Of a DNA stretch of 64,000 nt, positions 1-8,397 are shown piece after piece. The DNA lies in the NCBI GenBank assembly GCA_964422745.1, contig CAYRCK010000001.1, forward strand, positions 100,368-164,367. The letters run 5' to 3'. How positions within the stretch are numbered: position 1 is the first letter of the stretch; every line of letters begins with the position of its first letter. The stretch is from an uncultured bacterium. GTDB lineage: Bacteria; Krumholzibacteriota; Krumholzibacteriia; Krumholzibacteriales; Krumholzibacteriaceae. Under the pieces are notes generated by a model that did not search any database, had not been told where the DNA came from, and worked only from the letters and a program-made list of their open reading frames with translations. The position numbers and the translations under genes are program-made.

Positions 1-632
1 TTGTAATCGCCGAGTTCGTAAGCCAGGCAGCACATCAGCCTCCCGCATGCACCCGAGATCTTAGCCGGTGTAAGGGGAAGGTTCTGGTCCTTGGCCATCT
101 TCAGGGTAACCGGCTCGAAGTCCTTGAGGTAGGTCGCGCAGCAGAGCCTGCGCCCGCACATACCTACACCGTCCAGCCTCCTCGCCTCGTCCCTGACACC
201 GATCTGCCTCATATCGATCCTTGTCCTGAAGATGCTGGCGAGGTCCTTTACGAGCTCCCGGAAATCAACGCGGCCCTCGGAGGTGAAGTAGAACGTGATC
301 TTGTTCCCGTCGAACTGGCACTCCACGTCCACGAGCTTCATCGGCAGGTTGTGCTCCGTGACCTTTTCCTGACATATCTTGAGCGCTTCCTTCTCCTTTT
401 CCCTTATTCCCTCCAACTGCTCGAGGTCACCATCGGTCGAGTGCCTGAGCACCTCCTTCATGTCGGTATCGACATCCTTGGGATTAACCTGGCTGATGGA
501 TATTATCAGCCCCATGTCCTCTCCCCTGTCTGCCTGTACGATACAGTAATTGCCTGTCTTGAGGTATAACGCCCGGGAATTAAGGAAATAATCCTTGCGC
601 TGAGCCTTGAATTGTATCTCCACTATTTCCAT
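1..632 (-). CDS. PSP1 C-terminal domain protein (RicT/YaaT-like), 5'-complete and 3'-truncated by the window edge
   Basis: Reverse translation from the ATG at ~632 gives MEIVEIQFKAQRKDYFLNSRALYLKTGNYCIVQADRGEDMGLI...GMCGRRLCCATYLKDFEPV, the conserved PSP1 pattern. It sits directly downstream of holB, as in many bacteria. It is absent from the ORF track because it runs off the window. Confidence 0.8.
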   Translation of the reverse strand, partial: MEIVEIQFKAQRKDYFLNSRALYLKTGNYCIVQADRGEDMGLIISISQVNPKDVDTDMKEVLRHSTDGDLEQLEGIREKEKEALKICQEKVTEHNLPMKLVDVECQFDGNKITFYFTSEGRVDFRELVKDLASIFRTRIDMRQIGVRDEARRLDGVGMCGRRLCCATYLKDFEPVTLKMAKDQNLPLTPAKISGACGRLMCCLAYELGDY

Positions 633-750
633 TTTTATACACTACTCCAAACACTCGGCGGCCGGGAAATGGATCCCGGTGATCTTCCGGTCACGCAAAT
701 ACATCCGGCGCCGATCCATTCACGTTTATGCGATCTTTATCAGGAACAAT

Positions 751-1818
751 CTAATACCACTTGAGCGTTAAATCAAGGAAGAGTTGGGACATCGTAAGTT
801 CCAAGTCCGCGTTTCTCTTCAGGTTAGCAGTGGCCGCAAGGATCTTCCGCAGGTCCTCCGGTATCTTCCTCCTCCCCAACCCTTCCAGAGATTCCCCGCC
901 TAGTTCCACCTCAAGCTCCCTGCCCGTCCCAACTTCCGCGCAACCCGCGTTAAATCTCATGGCGGCCCTGAATATAACCGCAATCTCCCCGAACAGCTCT
1001 CCCACCTCTTCACGGGAATACCTGCGCGCCATGCCCTCGGATTCGACCAGCAGATCCCCGGACCTCCCTTCGGTGATGAGCCTCACCAGGTTAACGGCGC
1101 CGGTCCTTATCCGGGCGAATCCCTCATCGAGCAGCTTGACGGCCCGGCGGAGGTCCCCTTCGGCAAGCGACGCCAGCCTTTCGGCCTCGTCTGTGCCCAG
1201 GGACCGGTAACTTCTCAGAAACTTCACTATTACCCCATCTTCGAGATGGGCGAACCTTATCTCGCGGCACCTGGAGAGAATCGTCGGAAGAAGCTTATCG
1301 GGGAAATCCGTCACCAGGATGAAAACAGCCGAACCCGGCGGCTCCTCGAGCAGCTTTAAAAAGGCGTTTTGAGCCTCCACCGTGGCCAGATGGGCCTCTA
1401 TGAGTATTACGACCGTCCTCCGCCCCTCGTACGGCATCTTGGATACCCACTCGCCGATGCGCCGTATTAGCCCTATCCCTATGCTCCTGGCCTTTCCCGA
1501 GAACTCGCCGTAATTAAAAAAGTCCTCTCTCCTGCTGTCCATGATCGCCGAGACCGATTTATCCTCCGATCCGTAGGGAATAGGGTACACGAGGTGAATG
1601 TCGGGATGCTCGAGTTTGGCCGTCTTCGAGCAGGATTGGCACCTACTCTCACCGCACTTCGCGGGCGAAACGCAGTTGAGCCTGGACGCGAGCCAAACCG
1701 AGGCGAGCTCCTTCCCCGCGCCGCCGGGGCCAGAGAAAATTATAGAGGGTGGGAGCCCCTCCTTCCCGATCATGCCTTCCAGCAGGCCCGCCGCCTGTGC
1801 CTGTGCAGAGACGATCAT
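751..1818 (-). CDS. holB: DNA polymerase III delta-prime subunit
   Basis: 355 aa with the AAA+ Walker A motif FSGPGGAGKELASVWLA, an SRC motif (LPTILSRCREIRF) and a zinc-module-like CxxC segment. It lies upstream of the PSP1 gene, the typical holB-yaaT arrangement. Confidence 0.85.
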   Translation of the reverse strand: MIVSAQAQAAGLLEGMIGKEGLPPSIIFSGPGGAGKELASVWLASRLNCVSPAKCGESRCQSCSKTAKLEHPDIHLVYPIPYGSEDKSVSAIMDSRREDFFNYGEFSGKARSIGIGLIRRIGEWVSKMPYEGRRTVVILIEAHLATVEAQNAFLKLLEEPPGSAVFILVTDFPDKLLPTILSRCREIRFAHLEDGVIVKFLRSYRSLGTDEAERLASLAEGDLRRAVKLLDEGFARIRTGAVNLVRLITEGRSGDLLVESEGMARRYSREEVGELFGEIAVIFRAAMRFNAGCAEVGTGRELEVELGGESLEGLGRRKIPEDLRKILAATANLKRNADLELTMSQLFLDLTLKWY

Positions 1819-1859
1819 GCCAGCCGCTTCTAGTAAATCGATTTATAACCCCCTCTGAA

Positions 1860-3089
1860 TCATCTTCCCACCAGCCACTCGGCCGGATCCAACGCTTCTT
1901 TCGACTTCCTGATCTCGAAATGCAGTACACTGATCGATCCACCGCGCGGATCGCCGGTCTCCGCTATCACCGCTCCGCCCTCCACGGCCTCTCCCTCTCC
2001 CACGAATATATTCGCCGTATGCGCGTAGAGCGTATAGTACCCTCCGCCGTGGTTTATTATGATGCAGTTTCCGTAGCCCGCCAGGGCGTCGGCGTATTCC
2101 ACCCTTCCCCTCGCGACCGCCCGTACGGGTGATCCGACCACGGATTCTATATCTATCCCGGTATTCTGCGTTATGGTGCCGAACTCAGGATGCCTGAAGC
2201 GGCCGAATCCCCTGACGGTTCGGCCCTCGACCGGCCAAGCCATACGCCCCTTCAGCCCCCCGAAATCCCTCTCGCCATAGATCCCCTCCGCCCTGGCCCT
2301 CTCCAGCCTCTCCTTCTCGAGCCTCTGTATGAGTGCCTGAAGCTGCTCCTGGGCTTTCTCCAGTCCGGCGGCCCTTTCCCTGTATTCCCTCTCACGCTTA
2401 CTCAGCGACGATAGTGTCCTCTCCCGCTTGCCCTTGTTCTCCTCTAGCTTCTCCAGCTCCCCCTCCTTATCCTTCCTCGACACGACGACCTCATGGAGAA
2501 GCTCCGTTATCCTAGCCTCCTGGCCCTCTATCTCGATTCTCCTCTCCCTTACATCCTCCACCAGTTCCGCGTCCCTCTCCGCTATCAGCGACAGGAACTT
2601 GTACCTCTGGAGAAGATCGGCGAAATCGTTTGCATCAAGCAGCTCCTGCCATATCTCGTGCGGGCCGCTCTTGTATATCTCCCTCAACCGCTTCGTCAGA
2701 ATTCCAAGCCTATTTTCATATACCCTCTCGTTCGCAGCCAGCGCGTTCCTCAGCTCCTCCACCTTCTGCTCCAGCATGTCTTCCCTTTCCGTGAGCCCTC
2801 CAAGCAGCTTTCTCGTAAGCGCCTCCTCGTTCCTGAGCTTCCTCAGATAGCTCTCCACACCGATTTTTTCCTTCTCTATCTCCTCGATCTTCTTCCTCTG
2901 CTCTGCAATCTGCTCCCTAAGCCTTTTAAGCTCGCTCTCCTTGTTCTTTATCTTGCCGTCGAGATCGGTCTGCTGAGCGAACAACGCCGATGCCGATACG
3001 GCCAATGCCAGAAAAGCCGAGAGCACAAAACCCGCCGCGGTGCTCGTATGTATCGTTGGTGCCGTTTGGAACATCCGGCCGCCTTCCAA
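1860..3089 (-). CDS. envC: EnvC-like murein hydrolase activator (coiled coil plus degenerate LytM/M23 domain)
   Basis: Signal/TM N-terminus, then a long coiled coil rich in E/K/R/L heptads. The C-terminal M23 fold has NTGIDI in place of HxxxD and VLHFEI in place of HxH, so the Zn ligands are lost. It is the last gene of an ftsE-ftsX-envC operon. Confidence 0.8.
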   Translation of the reverse strand: MEGGRMFQTAPTIHTSTAAGFVLSAFLALAVSASALFAQQTDLDGKIKNKESELKRLREQIAEQRKKIEEIEKEKIGVESYLRKLRNEEALTRKLLGGLTEREDMLEQKVEELRNALAANERVYENRLGILTKRLREIYKSGPHEIWQELLDANDFADLLQRYKFLSLIAERDAELVEDVRERRIEIEGQEARITELLHEVVVSRKDKEGELEKLEENKGKRERTLSSLSKREREYRERAAGLEKAQEQLQALIQRLEKERLERARAEGIYGERDFGGLKGRMAWPVEGRTVRGFGRFRHPEFGTITQNTGIDIESVVGSPVRAVARGRVEYADALAGYGNCIIINHGGGYYTLYAHTANIFVGEGEAVEGGAVIAETGDPRGGSISVLHFEIRKSKEALDPAEWLVGR

Positions 3090-3152
3090 GTCGTCGAAAG
3101 CCGTGCGCTCGGGAAAATCTCGCAGCCTGATACGGGCGCGCTTGCCCCGGAC

Positions 3153-4022
3153 CTATATCTTGAGCAGCCGCCTGACCGCGACGTAGCTGCCCACGGCCCC
3201 CAGAACGGAGCACAGGCCGATAAAAATCCCGATTGCCCCGCCTTCGAGAAAAACGAGCTCGCTGAAATATCTCTTCCCGAACAGGAAGATGCAGTAAAGC
3301 AATCCCAATGCAAACAGAGATGACGCAGCACCCAGGAGCGCCCCCTCCACTATGAAAGGAGTGCGGATGTAACCATCCGTCGCCCCTATCAGCTTCATAA
3401 CCTCGATTGCCCTGCGCCTGTGGAGAACCGTAAGCCTAACCGTGTTCGATACCACGAATATCACGGAAAAGAGCACTATCAGACCCACTCCCAGATCGGT
3501 CATATAGAAACCGTTCACTATCTTCTCCCCCCTCTCGAACCACTTCTTGCCGTACCGGACCTCCTCGACCCCGTCCCATTCGGAAACCACCGCTCCCAAT
3601 CTCTGCAGGAAACCGCTTGTTATAAAACGCTGCTTGGGCTTGATCCTAATCGCATCCGGCAGAGGATTATCATCCAGGTCATCGATCAGGTCACTGGCCT
3701 CACCCAGTGTCTGCCGGAACTCATCCATCGCCTCCTCCCTGGGCACGTAAACGACCTCTTCGATACCCTCTATTCCGAGAAGCCTGAACTGAATATCCTG
3801 GACGGCATTCTCATCCGTACCGTCTGCGAGATAGACGTAGACCCTCAGCTCTTTCGCGGTTCTCTCTATCACCGCGGCTATGTTCAAGGTCCCCAGCACA
3901 AAAACGAGCAGTATCAGAAGCGATAATCCCATGATAATGATCGATACGGCGTTGCTGCCCTTCCTGCGTCCGAGCATCCGCATCGATTCATCGAGTATGT
4001 ACCTGAATTCGTTTAAACTCAC
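3153..4022 (-). CDS. ftsX: cell division ABC transporter permease FtsX
   Basis: 289 aa with an N-terminal cytoplasmic region, a large periplasmic loop and 4 TM segments. It sits immediately downstream of ftsE. Confidence 0.85.
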   Translation of the reverse strand: MSLNEFRYILDESMRMLGRRKGSNAVSIIIMGLSLLILLVFVLGTLNIAAVIERTAKELRVYVYLADGTDENAVQDIQFRLLGIEGIEEVVYVPREEAMDEFRQTLGEASDLIDDLDDNPLPDAIRIKPKQRFITSGFLQRLGAVVSEWDGVEEVRYGKKWFERGEKIVNGFYMTDLGVGLIVLFSVIFVVSNTVRLTVLHRRRAIEVMKLIGATDGYIRTPFIVEGALLGAASSLFALGLLYCIFLFGKRYFSELVFLEGGAIGIFIGLCSVLGAVGSYVAVRRLLKI

Positions 4023-4075
4023 TTCCGCAGCCTTCCGGCTTCATGTGCCGACGGCGCCATGCCGGCCGCCGGGGA

Positions 4076-4993
4076 TCAATCTGGCACGACGTCGCCCCCG
4101 GCGCTCCCGTCGCCGGTTATATCGAGCCCCTCGAGTCGCTCGGCCTCCTCCGTCACCTTGGAATCCGATATCCTCTCACGCAGCTCGCCCACATAAACCA
4201 TCTCCTTGTCCTTCACGATACTGCCGTCCTCGAGATAGATGATCCTCTGTCCGAAACTCCTGACAAGCTCTAGATCGTGTGTCGCCATCAAGACGGCCGT
4301 CCCCGCCGCGTTTATCTTGAACAGCAGGTTGAGAATATTCCTCGTAACCAGCGGGTCGAGATTGCCCGTCGGCTCGTCCGCGAGCAGTATCGCAGGCTGG
4401 TTGACGGCCGCCCTCGCGATCGCCACCCTCTGCTGCTCTCCGCCCGATAGGACTGCTGGATAGTCATAACGCTTGTGGTAAAGGCCGACACGTGTCAGGA
4501 TATCCGTCACCTGGCGCTTGGTCTCTCCCAGGCCTGCCCCAGAGATCTTCATCGCGAGGGCGATGTTCTCGAAAACGGTCCTGTTTTCCAGAAGGCGGAA
4601 ATCCTGAAATATTATCCCCACCCTTCTCCTGAGATGCGGAATCGTGTTGCGTTTCATCCTCGTTGACACGAACGGCCCTACCACCACCTGCCCCTCGGTC
4701 GGGTAATCGTCCATGTAGATCATCTTGAGCAGCGTGCTTTTACCAGCGCCGCTCCTCCCCACGAGAAAGACGAACTCCCCGTTGGCTATCTGCAGGTTGA
4801 TGTCCCTCAAGGCGAAGTGCTTGCCGTAGCTCTTGGAGAGATGGTAAACACCCGCTATGATCCTCTTCTCCTGGCTCAATCCCTTTTCCCGCCTTTCACC
4901 GTGCAGCAGTGAGATGCCAACTCGAGGGCGGCCTCGAGGCTCCCCGTGGAAAATTCTCCGCTCCCGACTATATCGTAGGCCGTACCGTGGCAC
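4076..4993 (-). CDS. ftsE: cell division ATP-binding protein FtsE (true start probably near 4878, TTG)
   Basis: ABC ATPase with Walker A GRSGAGKST, signature LSGGEQQRVAIARA and Walker B ILLADEPTGNLD, plus a ~50-aa acidic C-terminal tail. The longest ORF (GTG at 4993) overlaps pdxA by 118 nt. A TTG preceded by AAAGGGA near 4878 would give a more typical N-terminus (LSQEKRIIAGVYHLSKSYG). Confidence 0.85.
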   Translation of the reverse strand: MPRYGLRYSRERRIFHGEPRGRPRVGISLLHGERREKGLSQEKRIIAGVYHLSKSYGKHFALRDINLQIANGEFVFLVGRSGAGKSTLLKMIYMDDYPTEGQVVVGPFVSTRMKRNTIPHLRRRVGIIFQDFRLLENRTVFENIALAMKISGAGLGETKRQVTDILTRVGLYHKRYDYPAVLSGGEQQRVAIARAAVNQPAILLADEPTGNLDPLVTRNILNLLFKINAAGTAVLMATHDLELVRSFGQRIIYLEDGSIVKDKEMVYVGELRERISDSKVTEEAERLEGLDITGDGSAGGDVVPD

Positions 4994-5886
4994 ACGGACG
5001 TTCTGACGACCGGCAGCCCGATGGTCATGTTGACGCCTTTATCAAACCCTTCCATCTTGAAAGGGATCATCCCCTGGTCGTGATAGAGCGCTATAATGGC
5101 ATCCTGCCTCCTGCCCTCCCACTTGCGGTACAGCGTGTCCGCGGGTATCGGCCCCTCCACATCGAATCCCTCACCCCTAAGCGCCAGGATCGCCGGTGAG
5201 ATCACCTCTACCTCCTCCATGCCGATAACTCCTCCGTCACCAGCGTGAGGATTGAGGCCGGAAACTAGTATCCTCGGGCTATCGATCCCCCATAGCTCGC
5301 CGAGGGAGGCGGCGGTAACCCTTACACACCGTTCCAGACGATCCCGCGTGACTGCGGCCGGTACCTCGCTGATGGGAATATCCCTAGTGAGTATGACTAT
5401 TCTCAGATCCCCGGAAACCATCATCATCTGACAATCGGGGGAATCCAGCATGGCGGCCAGCATTTCGGTATGCCCCCTGTAGGTATAACCGGCCAATACC
5501 AGTGCTTCTTTGGAAATCGGGCCCGTCACTATCCCGTCTACGTCGCCCCTGCCGGCCATCTCCACGGCCGCCTCGACCGATCTTCCCGATACCGCACCAC
5601 CCTCCGCGCTCGGTTTCCCGGGCACGGCCTCTAGACCACCCGCCGTATCCACTATCACCGGAATCCCGGCTGTGCGCGCGCCCGAGAACGGCCTTCCCTC
5701 GCGGATTATCTCGAAATCCCCCCCAATGCGTTCCGGGAGCCTGGCCAACAGAGAGGAGGCTGATCCGATCAGGCGGAGATCGTATGGCTCTAACGCACCT
5801 CTTGTTATTAGCGAGGCCACGAGCTCCGGGCCGATCCCGGCGGGATCTCCGATGGTAAGGGCGAGCTTTGGCTTGCTGCCGGACAT
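4876..5886 (-). CDS. pdxA: 4-hydroxythreonine-4-phosphate dehydrogenase
   Basis: 336 aa. The N-terminus KPKLALTIGDPAGIGPE and the HGTAYDIVG-type C-terminal motifs are characteristic of the PdxA family. Confidence 0.85.
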   Translation of the reverse strand: MSGSKPKLALTIGDPAGIGPELVASLITRGALEPYDLRLIGSASSLLARLPERIGGDFEIIREGRPFSGARTAGIPVIVDTAGGLEAVPGKPSAEGGAVSGRSVEAAVEMAGRGDVDGIVTGPISKEALVLAGYTYRGHTEMLAAMLDSPDCQMMMVSGDLRIVILTRDIPISEVPAAVTRDRLERCVRVTAASLGELWGIDSPRILVSGLNPHAGDGGVIGMEEVEVISPAILALRGEGFDVEGPIPADTLYRKWEGRRQDAIIALYHDQGMIPFKMEGFDKGVNMTIGLPVVRTSVCHGTAYDIVGSGEFSTGSLEAALELASHCCTVKGGKRD

Positions 5887-5890
5887 CCTC

Positions 5891-6163
5891 TCACCAGATT
5901 TCCGCTTCCGTCTTCCTCTCTCTCAAAATCCTGACGTAGTCATCCCGATCCTTTCGGGCCACCTGCCCTCTAGGCACGTCGACGATCTCCGCCACGACCA
6001 CCCTCTTCGGATATTTTATCTCCAGGATATCCCCCGCCTTGACCTCACGGCCGGGCTTAACCGCTTTGCCGTTTATCTTCACGGCCCCCGCCTCACAGCC
6101 CTTCTTCCCCTGGCTTCTCGTCTTAACGAGACAGAGGGCCTTCAGTAGCAGATCCACCCTCAT
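5891..6163 (-). CDS. S4-domain RNA-binding protein (Hsp15/YbcJ-like)
   Basis: 90 aa, with the S4 fold signature LLLKAL.LVKTRSQGKKGCEAGAVKINGKAVKPGREVKAGDILEI. Confidence 0.6.
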   Translation of the reverse strand: MRVDLLLKALCLVKTRSQGKKGCEAGAVKINGKAVKPGREVKAGDILEIKYPKRVVVAEIVDVPRGQVARKDRDDYVRILRERKTEAEIW

Positions 6164-6166
6164 CTC

Positions 6167-7486
6167 CTACAGCTCCCCCTTCACCTCCACATGGTAGAGA
6201 TTCTTCAGGCTCTCTATGTAATCCTGGTAACGTTCCTTGAGCTTCTGCTGCTTTATCAGCTTCCTCAGCTCCTCCTTGACCTCGCCGAGGTTGTAGGGGC
6301 GGGAGGGTGAACGTCCGAGCACCTTCACGATCCTGAATCCCTTGTTCTCCTTGATTACGGGCGAGATCTCTCCGATATCTACATGCTCGACAACGTCGAG
6401 AAAGAAATCGGGAAGGTTCTCGACGGGGATTTCCCCCACAACGCCGTTGTTGTTCCTAGACCCCTCGTCGTCCGAATACTCGGCCGCTGTTTCCCCGAAA
6501 TCGGCTCCATCGAGAATCTGCCTTCGGATGCTCTCCGCCAGCTCGGCCGCCTTGCCCACATCATCCTCCGCCTTCTTCACCTTTACAAGTATGTGCCGTA
6601 CCGAATACCGGTCGCCTTCTATCCCTTCCAGCTTGATTATATGATATCCGAACGACGTCAGCACCGGCCCGCTGATCTCGCCCGGTTCCATACCGCGTAC
6701 GGCCTCGACAAATTCGGGATTGTTGAGTTCCTCCAGCTTGATAAAACCGAGACTCCCGCCACGTGAGGCACTCGGCCCCTCCGAGTACTGCTCGGCCAAA
6801 GCGGCGAAATCACCGCCATCTGTTATCCTCTCCTCCACCTCCATCACCTTCTCCATCGCCTCCAGCTTCCCCTGCTCGGATGCCTTGGGTACGATCAGGA
6901 TATGAGCCAGTGTCATCGTGGCCGGCCTGGGGGGCAGCTCTGAAGAGTGCTCCTCGAAATACCTGGCGATCTCCCCCTCGGACACCTCCACTTCATTCAT
7001 AACCTCTTTGTACATCAGCCTTTCGATCAACTCCCGGGCCCTCAGCTTTTCCATGTACAGAGAGCGCAGTTCTTCCAGGGTCAGGTCCTCTATCTCCAGC
7101 TGCTTCTTGAACGGCCCATCCCCTCCCATAGCGCGCTTGTTCTCCTCTATAGCGGCATCGACCGCCTCTTGCACATCGCTCTCCTTGACCTCGATCCCAA
7201 CCTTGCCGGCATGGACCCTCATGAGCAGGTCGGCCACCATGCCCTGCAGAATCTCCTTCCTCAGCTCATCTTTCTCCGATTCGGTCATACTCCGGTCCCC
7301 GGCCTGCATAAGGTAGCGCTTGTACTCGAGCTCTATGTCGCTGCTGAACAGGGCGTGGTCCTCTACGACGGCGATAACCTCATCGATCAACTCCCCCCGG
7401 CTCTCCTGAGCCGTTGCCGGTGTAACCACAGCCAAGACGGAGGCAGCTGCGGCACACATTCCCAATACCTTCGCTCTTCCTCTCAC
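6167..7486 (-). CDS. surA: periplasmic chaperone/peptidyl-prolyl isomerase, SurA-like
   Basis: Signal peptide (MRGRAKVLGMCAAAASVLAVVTPATAQE), a SurA N-terminal chaperone region and two parvulin-type PPIase segments (GGSLGFIKLEELN...GYHIIKLEG; ...NKGFRIVKVLG). Confidence 0.75.
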   Translation of the reverse strand: MRGRAKVLGMCAAAASVLAVVTPATAQESRGELIDEVIAVVEDHALFSSDIELEYKRYLMQAGDRSMTESEKDELRKEILQGMVADLLMRVHAGKVGIEVKESDVQEAVDAAIEENKRAMGGDGPFKKQLEIEDLTLEELRSLYMEKLRARELIERLMYKEVMNEVEVSEGEIARYFEEHSSELPPRPATMTLAHILIVPKASEQGKLEAMEKVMEVEERITDGGDFAALAEQYSEGPSASRGGSLGFIKLEELNNPEFVEAVRGMEPGEISGPVLTSFGYHIIKLEGIEGDRYSVRHILVKVKKAEDDVGKAAELAESIRRQILDGADFGETAAEYSDDEGSRNNNGVVGEIPVENLPDFFLDVVEHVDIGEISPVIKENKGFRIVKVLGRSPSRPYNLGEVKEELRKLIKQQKLKERYQDYIESLKNLYHVEVKGEL

Positions 7487-7488
7487 AT

Positions 7489-8385
7489 CTACTCCTCCGG
7501 TATTCCAACGAGGGAATCTTCCGCGCGCTCCACACGCACCGAGCTGTCCGGGTGCTCAATGCCGAATGCCAGTGCTCCCTTTAGATATCTAACGTCGGCC
7601 GACTCTCTCAGCGACTCCATAAACTCCCTGTAAGCCCTCTCCCTCTTCTCTATCATCAGCTTGTTCTCTATATGTTCGCGCACCTCGTCGATGTCCACCT
7701 TCACGAAGGCCTGCCTCGATCCGATCAGCTTGATTACATGATAACCGAAATCAGATTTAACGATATCGCTCACCTCTCCGGGTTTCATATCGAATATCAC
7801 CTTCTCGAAGGCGGGTATCATATTCCCCTTTGTCAGGTACCCGAGATCCCCTCCCCGTTTGGCGTCGGGATCCACCGAATACCGATTGGCCACCCATGCG
7901 AAACTATTTTTAGCGAGAAGTTCTTTGACCTCCCTGGCCTCTTCCAGCGAGTTGACGAGTATATGGCTGACCCTGTACTCGTTGACATACTCATTCTCGT
8001 GTTCTGCGAAGTAATCAGCCACCTCCTCGCCGCTCACCCTGGTTCTCTCCCTCAGTTCAAGGAAGACCAGGTGGTCGGCCAGAAATTCCTTCTCGAGATT
8101 AACCAGTCTCGATTGTATTCGCGGATCGTTGCTGAGCCCCCTCTTGAGAGCCTCCTGATAGAGCAGTTCCGTATTTATCCAGCGCTCTATGTGCAGCCTC
8201 TTCTCCGCATCGGTGCCACCGATCCCGCCGCTCTCCGGAATGAGGTTCTCGAGATCTTTCTCGGTCAGAACTTCGTTCTCCACCGCGACGATGCCATCGA
8301 CCTCTACTTCAGCCTCCTCCTGCCCACCTCCGCAGCCGTAAAGCATGAGCGCCGCGGCGACCATTACGAGGAAGGGATTATTCAT
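7489..8385 (-). CDS. PpiC/PrsA-type peptidyl-prolyl isomerase lipoprotein
   Basis: Lipoprotein signal (MNNPFLVMVAAALMLYGCGG) and a single parvulin domain (KRGGDLGYLTKGNMIPAFEKVIFDMKPGEVSDIVKSDFGYHVIKLIG). Confidence 0.7.
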   Translation of the reverse strand: MNNPFLVMVAAALMLYGCGGGQEEAEVEVDGIVAVENEVLTEKDLENLIPESGGIGGTDAEKRLHIERWINTELLYQEALKRGLSNDPRIQSRLVNLEKEFLADHLVFLELRERTRVSGEEVADYFAEHENEYVNEYRVSHILVNSLEEAREVKELLAKNSFAWVANRYSVDPDAKRGGDLGYLTKGNMIPAFEKVIFDMKPGEVSDIVKSDFGYHVIKLIGSRQAFVKVDIDEVREHIENKLMIEKRERAYREFMESLRESADVRYLKGALAFGIEHPDSSVRVERAEDSLVGIPEE

Positions 8386-8397
8386 TTCGACCCTCAG

